Assembly: GCA_000165425.1 (NCBI GenBank)
Contig: CT867989.1
Span: 248,001-302,870 of the forward strand
DNA from: Paramecium tetraurelia
Lineage: Eukaryota
Reading direction: 5' to 3'
Length of the DNA: 54,870 bases
Position 1 is the first letter of the stretch. The number at the start of each line of letters is the position of its first letter. The position numbers and the translations under genes are program-made. Positions 26,708-38,821 of the stretch are shown one piece after another. The notes beneath the pieces are model-generated. The model did not search any database. It was given only the letters and a program-made list of their open reading frames with translations, and had not been told where the DNA came from.

Positions 26708-29700
26708 TCAATCAATTTTGCTCGCTATCTTTTCATCCGCTTTCTACATTCTGGATTCAAAAATGTATTTTTTAATTTCATCTAACATAACTATTTCAAT
26801 AGCTTGTAATAATTTGTTTGAAAACAGTTTTTTGGATGTAGATTTGAAATTATCAATTTCTTTCGGGATGCTTTACATAGCCAATAATAGAATTTATTTC
26901 AAGATATCATTAAAATTTTGATTTTTCAAATATTAATTGAACACATTTAAGTATTGTGGTTTGAATGTTAAGCTATCATCCATGATCATTCCTTCCCTTT
27001 TCAGATAGTCAATAATATTTTTCACTAACTCATGTTATTCAAGTTTTTCGGCTTCTTTAAGTTGATGTTGTTATTAGTTAAATAAGTCTCTTTTCTAATT
27101 AAAGTCAACAATCATCTAATACTATAATTATATTATACCTAATTCATATGATCGATTTCCTATTATGATTTATTTCCTAATTTACATTAGTCTGATCGAG
27201 ACTTTACTTATTGTTAATAATTAGTTAGATTTTGAAGCTCATTTTACAATTATTCAAGTTTTGCATTATAATGTTGTTTGTATTCATTTTTTAATATCAT
27301 TTCTAATGGATCTTTGTATTTTGATTAAGCTCCTAATTCATTACATAGATTGTAAATAACAGGCCTCATGATACCTTGATAAAATTTATTCATAGATTAG
27401 GAATTTGAAATTTATAGTTAATTGCATGCATTTTGCACATTCATATTTTAAACATTAAAACTCTAACTTAGTAAAGCTTATATCATTTTATTTGTGATTG
27501 TTTTAAACACCTACTCTTAATCACACAATTTTTGGTAAAAATAATCAAGAAAGAAGGCAATTCTTTGGATTTCCTAATCTTTTTAATAATAATCTAACAT
27601 CTTAGTGGAGAAATAATTTAATTCATTGTTCATTGCCTCCTTATATTGGTTATAATCTTCAATATCATTTTTCACTTGCTTATACTTTTTATTTCCTTCT
27701 CTTAAACCGATTTCAATCACTTTTTTTTTAATTGAACCATTTTCAGAACCTTATTTACATTTAGCCATTGATAATTTTATATATTTTTATGCAAGTTAGC
27801 AAAAACACTTTTTAAAACCATCAACACTACCTTTACTCTCTTAAAAGGATTGACTTATGATTTCTAAAACACCAGAATCTAATTCGTTATAATTTTAAAA
27901 TAAATTCTCAAGTTCAGCATAGTTAGTAGCATTCTATACAAGTTTTATTACGTCTTATAAAGATTGATATTTCTATTCTACAGCTTATTATTCTAAATCA
28001 GTCAACCAAAAACCAGATTTTTTTAATCCTTCAATAGTAACTTCAGGGATTTTTTTCAAAAATTCAGTGATTCCAATTTTTTTTAATGTTTTCATAGAAG
28101 TTCCACCAAGTTGAAGAGCTTCCTTGATTCCTACAGGTCCTGCCAAAGCTAATGAAGCTGCAATATTAATAACTTTTTATTATCCCCAAGTTCCCCAATC
28201 AATTTTTATTCCTTTCCATGCTGATTGAACGGCAAGCAACATGTCAGCGATACCTTCACTTATTAAGGCTTACCCTATAGGCAAAGCAGCCCCAGCTGTG
28301 AATGCACATATTGCACATCCAACTACAAACTAACACAACCCAATGGCAAACATTGCTATATATTCAAAAAAACTTTTTTCTTTTTTCTTTTTATTCAGAC
28401 TACCAAGTTTAGGTAACGGTCCGTCGTCAATCACTTCTTACTAATCTTTTATAGATTGTTCTAAATCACCATTTTCTTTTTCATCCTTCATAATCACTGG
28501 TATCCAACTTAAATCAAGTACTTCATCATTAGGATTGAAGGTTTTCAAAGTGTTTAGAATAGAGTCGATGTTTTGAATTACTTTATTATACACTTTTAAA
28601 TGATTATTAATCTTACTCTCAATAGTATCTTTTTATACATTATTTTACTTGATAAATTCAATAGCTGATACATTAGTTATTTCTGAATCTTTTGTTAAGT
28701 CTAAGTCGGGTAATTCTAGATTTTATTTAGGAACCTTAATTTCGGACTATTAAAAATCAGGCAAATTTTAATTATCTTAAAACTATTCTACTTAAATCCT
28801 GTTCAACTTAGAAGCAGTTGCAAATCCTTTTTCATCATTAATCTTAGTGAGAAATAAAGATTTTGCTTTTTCCAATGTTTAAATAGCTTCTTTACTGCTC
28901 CCATGTTATATTTCACTTAAACCTTTGTAATATTATACCTAAGGATCGTTTTCAGATATTTCAGCTGCCTTTTAAAATGTCTTTAAATCGTCCTTTTACA
29001 GTCCTTGATATACCAAATATTTTGGATTTTATCCTTCATCAGAATTCAACCAATTTTCAATTTCATCTTCATTTAATCCAGTCTCTTGAAATTGTTCCAA
29101 ATAAAGACCCCATTTCTCTTCTAAAATTTAAAAGGCGGCCCTATTTTCGTTTATTTTTACTTTGCTCTTTGCTAATTAACAAAACTTTTTAAAACATTTG
29201 TCCTCATTTAATAATTTTTTCATTTCTAATTCTATTTCGTTTGAATAGTATTATTCACTTAGATCTCTAAAGAATGTAAGGACTTCTAAATAATTTTTGC
29301 TTTATTTTTTCTAACTTGTTGAATAATAATCCAAGGCATCCTAAATCGTTTTGAGTTAAGTGAGACCTCCAACAAATAAATTTTCAGGGAAACTTACAAT
29401 TAGTTCTGCAGTACCCAATTTACCTTACCTTGCTGTTCTACCAAATCCTTGAAGTTAAATTCTTATATTTCGAGGTAGAAAAGACATTATGACATGAAGA
29501 CCACCATTCTTTTCTAATTCTTCATTAGTTGTTAAATCGGTCCCCCTTCCGGCCAAGTTTGTGGCAATGATAACAGATTTAGGTCCAATTACCTTCTTTA
29601 ATTCCTATTGATCATCTGTATAAGTGATAGATTATATTTTATATTTTTTTAGATAAACATCTATTTTTTAAACATCCTAAATTGTTTGATTAATTATAAG

Positions 29701-32592
29701 CACAGCCCTCCCTGAATTCAATTGTTATTATACCGATTTTTAAATTTCTTAATACCACTCATCTTTACTAAGAGTTGCAATACCTGGTTAGATTTTCAAA
29801 AGTCTTTTCTTAAATGGTGGCATGAAAACAAAATCGAGTGTGTACGATTTGGCTAAAAGATTCTAAGTAACTTATGATCCTAAGGTGCCAGTAAGGCCTA
29901 GAAGTTGATTCTGATACCTTTTAAAGAAGCCAACATTAGATAAGTAGTTAGTACTGATTCTTAAAGGAGTGATTGGAAGATTGTGTTTTAATTAAATAAA
30001 TTAATGAAGTCCTTTCTGCCATTACATATTATCCTTATGCACTACTCCAGTATTTTGAAAATCAATAATTCTAACATTATTATTGTCGATTAAATAATGC
30101 TTGCTCTCTTGAAAATGAAATTTAGCTAAAATTGCGTTTTCAATCCAGGTTTTTTTCATAAATTTGATATAGTTTATTCGAAATTTTGGTATAAAATTGT
30201 ACACGACTTGTTTAAGTTAAAGATCTAAGGTTTTTTCAACGTATTCATCTAAATCAGTAGTATAATATTCGTTTTCATTCATAATCATAACTTTTTTATC
30301 AGTTGAGAGATTGGGCAGTGATTTACAAATTTCATCCCAAATCAATCGAAGAACTTTTGTTAGATCCAGCATTCCAGGAATGGGTGTGCTTAATAGTGTC
30401 TTATTACTATTGCCATCTATAAGCATAGAGTCTACTTCATCAACTATTATATATCCCTATTATCTACTTCCCATAGTTCCTAATTCTGAATATTCATGTC
30501 TTAGTATGTCAGCTTAGAAACTATGAGGATCTCCATAGATAACTTGAGATTCATAACATGGAAACATCTTTAGTTTCTAATTTTAGGATCCATTAATATT
30601 ATGAGCAACCGATATAGAAAATAATTTATAAAACGAGGCTAATTCTTGTGCATCCCTAATAGCCAAAACTGGAGAACTAGTTACAATGTCCACATTAACT
30701 TTTTTCTTTTTACACAACAGAATTGCAAGCATAGCTACTATTAAGGTTTTACCTTCTCCAGTAAATATTTAGGCTAAGCGACCTTGGTTATTCTCATGAC
30801 TATATAGTTCTACAACAGATAATAATTAAACTGGTCTTGGATAGTAGGAGAAATGCTTTTTAACTTTTGTACATAACAAGTATAGATCTTGGTATTCCAA
30901 TTATGGAGATTTATTAAAATCAAGATTTGCTGTATCAATTTATTGATTCTAAAAAGAGCTGTATATTTTAATGAATAAATTTTAAATTTCTAAATTATTT
31001 CTCCTGTTTAGCTATTGAAATTCGGCAAAGAGTTGCTCAATTTGTTATTTTTCATACAGCATATTATCTGATTATTATTTAGTAATGTTTTCTTAAGTGC
31101 GCTTTTAAGCTAAAATCTTACTTTCTCCTTCAAAAATTTTTAGTAGCTAAACAAACTCTTCAAATGATTCAAATTCACAATTTAAGACATTTTCTATAAT
31201 ATCAATGTTATAAACAGATTATTAAATATATTAAATAATACTATTTATTTCCTTATTACTATTAATTCTTTACTTCAAGTAGTTTCTTATCTTCATCAAT
31301 TATTATTGGTTTGTTTGTTATTGTTATTGATTGAAATTTTATAGGTTTAATTGTTATTGATTTAATTATTATTGATTTTATTGTTATTGATTCAATTATT
31401 ATTGTTATTTAATCTAATCTTTTTATCCTTCTTGGACTTTAAGCTAGTTTTCCCTTTGAACCCATTTTAATAATTTTTCCCAATCTGGATTCTCAATCAA
31501 AATAAAATTAATAATTGCCTCAGAACTCTAAAATTACTAGATTTATTGATATAAAAAGGATTATTATTCTTCAGAGAAATTTAATGAACACAAAATGGAA
31601 TAGAAGCTTTCATTTTCTAGATCTGACCAATTTTTATTTTCTTTCTCACCTTACATAAAAAAAATAATATATGTCAAACTAATGATATTCTAACTTTCAA
31701 TTAATTCTGGAATCCAAATTCTATTAGAATTTATTTTGTTAATCTTTATTAAGATTTGATTAACGCAAGTAAGAAAATCTCAGATATTCTGAGGTCTTTG
31801 AGATATCTTTAGTAGCTAACAAACAGAATGACTGATTCTTCTAGAAATTTAAGAATATTCTTATTTCTATACTATATATCTATAATTCTATTACTAATTA
31901 ATGAGAATTTATGAAAGTAATTTCAATTACAAATAAATTATCAGATAAATGGCAAAAATCATTTTTATTCCTATTGCTCGTAAGTTAAAAATTTAAGAAT
32001 ATTGAAATTAGGAATACTGTTGAAGTATTTTCCAATATTAAATTTCTAAAGTAATTTGAGAGAAAAAAAGAAACTGATTTGTCATTATTTTACTTTATGT
32101 TCTTAAAATTAAAAGATGCTCACATCCTGACAAGAGGAATGAAAATCTTTCAGAAAATGATTCAACCATTTTAAATGTTTCTTAGATCTTATAAGTAATA
32201 AATTTTAGAATTGCATTCTGAATTTGATTTAATTATTCGTTTACATGTATCTAATGGAAATACTTTTATGAGTTTAAAAGGAACTACAAATTATTATACA
32301 TATGAAAATATTCTAGAATTTTATATATTGATCAACAGAGTGGTTAAAATCTTTAGATTGCTAAACATTTAATCTAGCAAAATTCACATTTATAAACTCT
32401 TAATTTATTAAAGTCTGATTTAAATTCAATAGAGATGGATACATTAAAATCATTCTCTCATCTTTTATATAAACATAGACTGGTATTAATTCATTAATGT
32501 CACTTCTTAAGAATTTAATATAATTAAAAAATTTATAATAAATTTAACAGATTAATTAATCTTAAAAATATTATTTAAACATCAATATTCAT
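26708..32592 (-). CDS. Giant (~1,950 aa) SecA-like DEAD ATPase with TPR and hydrophobic C-terminal segments
   Basis: [85 protein letters not shown]. One 23-nt intron near 27120 makes the span a multiple of 3. The start codon is less certain. Confidence 0.85.
31296..31412 (-). repeat. Degenerate ~15-nt tandem repeat encoding a Gln/Asn-rich linker
   Basis: Repeated ttgttattga(tt) on the + strand; encodes QQLNQQQQNQQQLNQQQLN largely with TAA/CAA codons. Confidence 0.75.
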
Positions 32593-32807
32593 TATAATTT
32601 AAAAATGTTCTGGTTTTCTTAAATTACCAAATAAATATCTTCTTAAAACATTTGATTCCACATTCTTCTTTATATTAAGTATAGAAACAATCAGGAATCT
32701 GGAGGAAGCAATCAATAATAAATTTGGATAGTAGTCATTTCATATCCCTTAATTATCTTTTTTGTGACACAAATATAAAAAAAATACTGCTTGTTAAATT
32801 GACATAT

Positions 32808-33330
32808 TCATTTTTATATACCAATGAACAATTCAAATTTGATGTTCTCTTTCAGATTTGTTTCCTCTGGATACACCTCAAAATCATAATCATGTGATCT
32901 AGCTCCACCAAAATCTTAAGGGGTTAAATTTTGGTAATGATTACCAAGCGTCAATCACAACTTTGGGAATAGGACCTGGTCCACAATCCAAACGGCAGAA
33001 ATGATGAGCAGGTACTGTTACAGCTACTAATCCTTCTGGTAAATCAGTGACTTCACTCACCACTTCTCCTAAGACCATTTTGTATCTGATTTCCTCTTGG
33101 TTTTCAGGGTTTTAGTAATCATAATACATACAATAAGTTCTTTTAGGATGTATACGATGTGGAATTAATTCATGGACCTATTTATCAAAATATTCCTCAT
33201 ATGCCTTTCCAATTTATCCTGTTTTTGGATCTTATTCTTCTTTTTAGATGATATTCCGCATCAAGCCAACTAGAGTGAATGTTTATAATTCAACAACTGT
33301 TCTATTTGGTATTTATGCTTATGGATCCAT
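32808..33330 (-). CDS. GyrI-like / AraC effector-binding (Cass2-type) small-molecule-binding protein, intronless, with a +1 frameshift
   Basis: VVELQTFTLVGL...GQIGKAYEEYF...IPHRIHPKRTYCMYYDY...GEVVSEVTDLPEGLVAVTVPAHHFCRLDCGPGPIPKVVIDAWQ [shift] DFGGARSHDYDFEVY...FELFIGYKK; the span is 523 nt (3n+1). Confidence 0.8.
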
Positions 33331-33744
33331 TATTCAATGATATATTATTTAAATTATAATTTACTTTCAACCTTCATGCATAATTATATACTACGTTTTA
33401 CACTATAATCAATATTCTATATTTAAAAATATAGAATATATATAAATTTAATTTTAACAATAACATTATATTTTTATCATCTTATTAAGAATTTGAAGTA
33501 AATGTCAAAATAACAAATATAAATGTATTTAATCACAATTTTATAAATATTATCCATCAATCGTTTAATTACCTTATTGATACCTTTTTCTCTAAAACCT
33601 CATTCCAAGTTATCAAATATTTTCCATCATTACATTCCGATATATTGGCTTGAATTCTTAAAGAGGTTTAATATAAAGTTATAATCATTAGAAATAACTT
33701 ATTTTACCTTTGTTAAGGTAACATGCACTCGGGAGCGAGTAGCG

Positions 33745-33894
33745 NNNNNNNNNNNNNNNNNNNNNNNNNNNNNNNNNNNNNNNNNNNNNNNNNNNNNNNN
33801 NNNNNNNNNNNNNNNNNNNNNNNNNNNNNNNNNNNNNNNNNNNNNNNNNNNNNNNNNNNNNNNNNNNNNNNNNNNNNNNNNNNNNNNNNNNNNN
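33745..33894. other. Assembly gap (150 N)
   Basis: Run of N. Confidence 1.
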
Positions 33895-34133
33895 CATTCA
33901 ATATTCTGTTTAGGATAATAAGACTGCCATTCACAACCATAAAATCTCCATAAAAATTGATGGCATCTCATCTTTTAGTGCAAATCTATTTCAGAATATC
34001 CTTTTCATTTAAATTGATAATTAACTTTAAGTGATTTATAATAAAGTACTTTAGTAAACAATCAACATTAATTCATCAATAATTTATTTCAATCCACAAT
34101 TTAATATAATATATTAATTAGATTTAATATCTG

Positions 34134-36930
34134 ATGAAATCATATTTTATGTGTTTTGTTATTCTAGGAATTTCATTCGACCAACAAAAGCATATATACA
34201 TATCATTTATGTTTAATCATCCTTTATTAAATAAACTAACAGCTGTTATAGGATTTTTTACAATTTACATTAATCTATTTAATCAAAAAAAACTCTTGAA
34301 TTTGATGATAGTTGTCAAAAAAAAATCATTGTATATTATAGCAAATAAGGATTAAATTTAATGTATCAATATCAAATAAAGTGGCCTTATAGTTCTGATT
34401 TTAATATCAGTATTTTCGATAATTCAAGGTTGAATTAAATCTGCTCGATATAATAACATGTCTTTATAAAAAATTACAACTTGTTGTAGTATAATACTGA
34501 TTACAATTTTCTTTTATTAAAAAATGACAATTATATTTATAAGTACAATTGTAATGGATAACAGTAATTAATTATTAACATAAAATAATCGAAGGTATAT
34601 TAATATAAAAATTCAATTCTTATATGGGGCCATTAAGGAATATTAAGATTATTTAAGTTTCATACAAATGAGACATAAATTTTAAAATTTGAATTTGAGA
34701 GTCAAATAATCGATATTATTTAATGTAAAAATATAATTATTGTATATGCAAAAAATAAAAACGAAATGAAATTAATTGATTTTGATGCATAAGATAATAA
34801 TATCAATAACATTTAACTTGAAAGAATATTATATCAAATATTTAATGCCTATCAAAAGAACAATTAAACAATTTAGCCATTTTATTTTGCAAAGATTCCC
34901 GAATATATTTTCTAATTTTTTGATTAGTTGATAATTTTTAGTAATAAATAAGTTCATTAATTTCAAATAGAATAAACATAGATCGTTTTTTTTTAATTAA
35001 AGATATCCCATACCTATTATATGTTTGGAGTACATCTGATAAAAAATTAAATAATTGAATACAAACTTGATCTCGAATAACTATCAATTCTGAAAGTTGT
35101 TGATTTGAGAGAAAACGAAATCATTAGACCAATAGAATACTAAATTAATGAAAATTATTTTAGTATAGGAGTTCGAAATGACATGAAAACTTACATTTTA
35201 TTATTCGCAATTTAAAAATAATAGTCACTTAAATTACTAAATACTATTCAAATTGCAAGAGATTCATTTTTTTTCCAAAAATAGTATTTGATTTACTATG
35301 ATAAAGAAGACAATTTAATGATTTTCAACATGGCAGACTTTGAGATATAAATTGAAAATGTTAGGTAGTTTAAAAGTCAGAGGACATCATTTAATTTCAA
35401 TGTTGTTCCAATAAATTCAAATGAATCTAGCCTAAGTTTATAATTCACTTTAAGTAAATATCCATATATTGTTATGAATTGTTAAAAACAACAAACAATG
35501 CCTCTTTGTATTATTCTTTCCAAAACAAAACTAAAATTTTGCCAACTAAATATTTTTAAGGTCCTATTGACACTCTCAAAATACTTGAAAATGATATATT
35601 TTAGATTGAAGGTCCATTGTTAGTTTCTAAGGTTTCTCTTGAAGTTGAAGAAGCTAAAGTATACACTATAAATCTATCGACTATTTTTACGAAGACTAAA
35701 TATTTCAGAATTATATACCTATCATTTTAAAATTCTACTATGTTATTCTTTAATAAAGAGAGTCTATATAATATATAGATTCAAGAAAATATATTATTAT
35801 TAGATATCATACTAGTAAATCCTTAATAAATATTGATGATACTTAAGAATGATAAAACTGAAATTTTTAGAGGAGTGATTTATTAGATCGATGAAGTTAC
35901 GCATCAATTATAAAAGGAACCTCGATTTGATGTCTAGTTGGATCTTGATACTATGTCCAAAGAATTTTAATGTTTTAAAACTGGAAATTTAATTTTTATT
36001 AAAGGATTGAAAACTTAAGTAATTTATCAAATAGTTGGATTTAGTTTGAAATCAATTCCAAACAAATTCGATATTATTGAGATTCTTAAAATCAAAGGCG
36101 ATAATTAACTTTATGTTTCACTCTCCATCAAGGACAATTATGTTCTCTTTTTCTAAATTCTGCTTATTAATGAGTTTCAACTTGAATCAAAAGTATCTAC
36201 GACTCTTTACTTTGAAAATATACTAAATTAGCTTATAAACCACATTATGTACTAACAAATAATTTCTTTATATAATTTTCGTAATTTCCAATTTTTAGAA
36301 TGCCTGATTGAAGATGGACAAGTTAAAATCACAGGGTTGTAAATGAATGGGGAAATCTCAGTCATCAGCGAAATTATTATTCAAATGGAAGATTCTAGTA
36401 TCTCTTACAAACTATTAAAAATTACAAGAATTAATATCAAACCAGATCGGATGCAGCAAGTATATTATTGTTAAAATAAATTAATTCTAAGATTTTTATC
36501 TGGTGAAACGTACTTTTACGATTTAACAGGAGATTAAGTTATCACAGATTATATGGGAAGATAGACAGGATTGTGGTATAGTTATCATGTACTTAATACT
36601 ACTCATGTTATTATCTACTCATATTTGGAAAATAAAATAGTTATTGCAGAAATTGGTTATGAAATTCATGTTAATGAAGGATATTCAGGAAATCATACAT
36701 TTACATTAGTTGCTGAAAACAAGTTATCATAAATACAAATAAATTTAACAATAATTGATATAAATCATGATCAGATAAAGGATTAGAATGTTATAATCAT
36801 TTATCTCTTGATATTTATTTTAGCTTTAGTTTTATATTATCTTATTAGAAGAATGAAATTAAAATGCAAATCGCTAAATACTTAAAAAATTAATGGAATC
36901 GAATTGAATAATCAAGAATAATGTGACTGA
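34134..36930 (+). CDS. Type I single-pass membrane protein of unknown function (~900 aa); 5' structure unresolved
   Basis: Signal-like start MKSYFMCFVILGISF; long TGA-poor frame; C-terminal TM VIIIYLLIFILALVLYYLI followed by RRMK. A frame change near 34.2-34.4 kb needs an intron or indel. Confidence 0.6.
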
Positions 36931-36996
36931 TTGTCAAATGCTATAGGATGATAGGATACCTATTTTATAATACAAAAAATTGAATATTATATGTTT

Positions 36997-38282
36997 TCAT
37001 AAAATATCAGTAAAATTTATTGGCAACTCTTTAATCTGAGTTGAATAGTATTATTCAATTTAATTTAGAATTTTGAAGTCTTCTGACCTTATCAAAGTAA
37101 TGGCCACTCCCTTTCTTCCAAATTTACCCTTTCTTCCAATCCTTAAAATGTATAATTCCTTTGAGGTTGGTACATCATAATTGATAATCAAGGATACATA
37201 TTCAATATCAAGACCTTTGATAATAATATAAAACAATACATCTTCTTAAAATATCAGTACCAATCAATACTCTTTTAATTCCTTATTTATAATCCCTCAT
37301 AATCTCATTCCTTTATTGTTAACTCATACCTTCATGTATTTAAACTACTGTAAAATTGCTTTCTAACATTTTATTCACTAACCATTCACATTTTTATTTT
37401 GTTTGGCAAAAGATAACTGATTAGGTAATAGATGCTATCTCGTATAAATCGCATAAAGTCTCAAACTTCCAATCCTCTTTATCAACTTGAATAAAAAACT
37501 ATTGAATTCCTTCTAATGTCAGTTCATTTCTTTTGTCCATGATCACAAGTGGATTGTTGAAGAATTTCTCAATAAAATCTAGTATATCTTAAGATAAAGT
37601 TGCTGTGACTAAGACATACTAAGGTTTTGGTGGCAAGTATTTAAAGATACAATAAACCAATGATTTAGATTCATCAATCAACATTTCATCAGCTTCATCC
37701 AAAATTATCATTTTTAAATGAGCAAAACTAATTTCCTTTCTCTATACTAGTTCAAAAACTCTATCAGGAGTACCTAATACTATTTAAACCCCTTGTTATA
37801 CGACACTAATATCATCCTAAATAGAATTTCCTTCAGAACACGCATGAACTATTTTATTTATGTATATTTTACTCGAAACATTAAGAAATTTGCCCAAAGC
37901 CATTATTAAGCCTGCATTTTCTTCTGTTAATTTCCTTGTTTTCTACAGAATCAAAACCTAGATTTTTCTAAAAAGTATTATAAAATGCTTCTACTTTACA
38001 GATAAATCAAAGATCGATAGTACTGATAAACTCATTACTGTTGTTTTCCCTGTACTCCTAAAATTCTAGATTACAACATCTCTACCCTAAATCAGTGGGA
38101 CTAATGCTCTCTATTGAACTTCTAAGGGTCGTATAAAACCAAAAGCATTGATGCCTTTGTTGATGATTTATTATACCTCTCAAAAGTTCTTTCCTTAGTT
38201 TCATAGATTCAAAAGTTGATTAAATAATTGGTTCTTCATTGGTTTTCCATTCTACATTACCATATAGATTTTATATATCCAT
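36997..38282 (-). CDS. Divergent eIF4A-III-like DEAD-box helicase (395 aa)
   Basis: [73 protein letters not shown]; introns of 22, 27, 24 and 25 nt leave 396 codons. Confidence 0.92.
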
Positions 38283-38821
38283 AATTAGTTATTTAATGAT
38301 TTATTAAATAAAACCCAAAACTAATTTGAATTTTCCTTTATGATATTAAGAAGAGTCGCTATAAATTTTGAAAACTTCATAATAATTCAATTAATAGAGT
38401 ATTTCTTTATATATCATCCATTCTTTCTATAAACTTCGTATTTTAACATACAATTACATTAGCATTGAATTAATTTAAAATCTGAATCAGAATATAAATA
38501 AAAAAGAATCAAATTATGAATATTGAAAATAAAGGAATATTTATTAGGAAGGATCAAAAAAATTTAAAATTCAATCTCCATCCAATTTTACACTAAATGA
38601 AAGCAACACTTTGTTATTCACTACGTATAATTATTTACAAGATTAGTGTAGAAATGTGTCAAATATTTTTGAGTTCCTAAATGTTCTTAGCCTCAACTAG
38701 ATTTACTTTTTATTTTTGGCTATAATATATCTTTATTATAATATAAAATTGAAGATTTAATTATATATATTTCCTTTTTAATACATCTAAAATTTGATTA
38801 ATTTATCATTCTATAAATAAA

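Noticed and set aside
26708..33330. Bacterial contamination or a chimeric scaffold
   Set aside because: Both genes contain many in-frame TAA/TAG Gln codons, and the SecA-like gene has a 23-nt spliceosomal intron
33688..33971. ORFs spanning X residues
   Set aside because: Artefacts of the N gap
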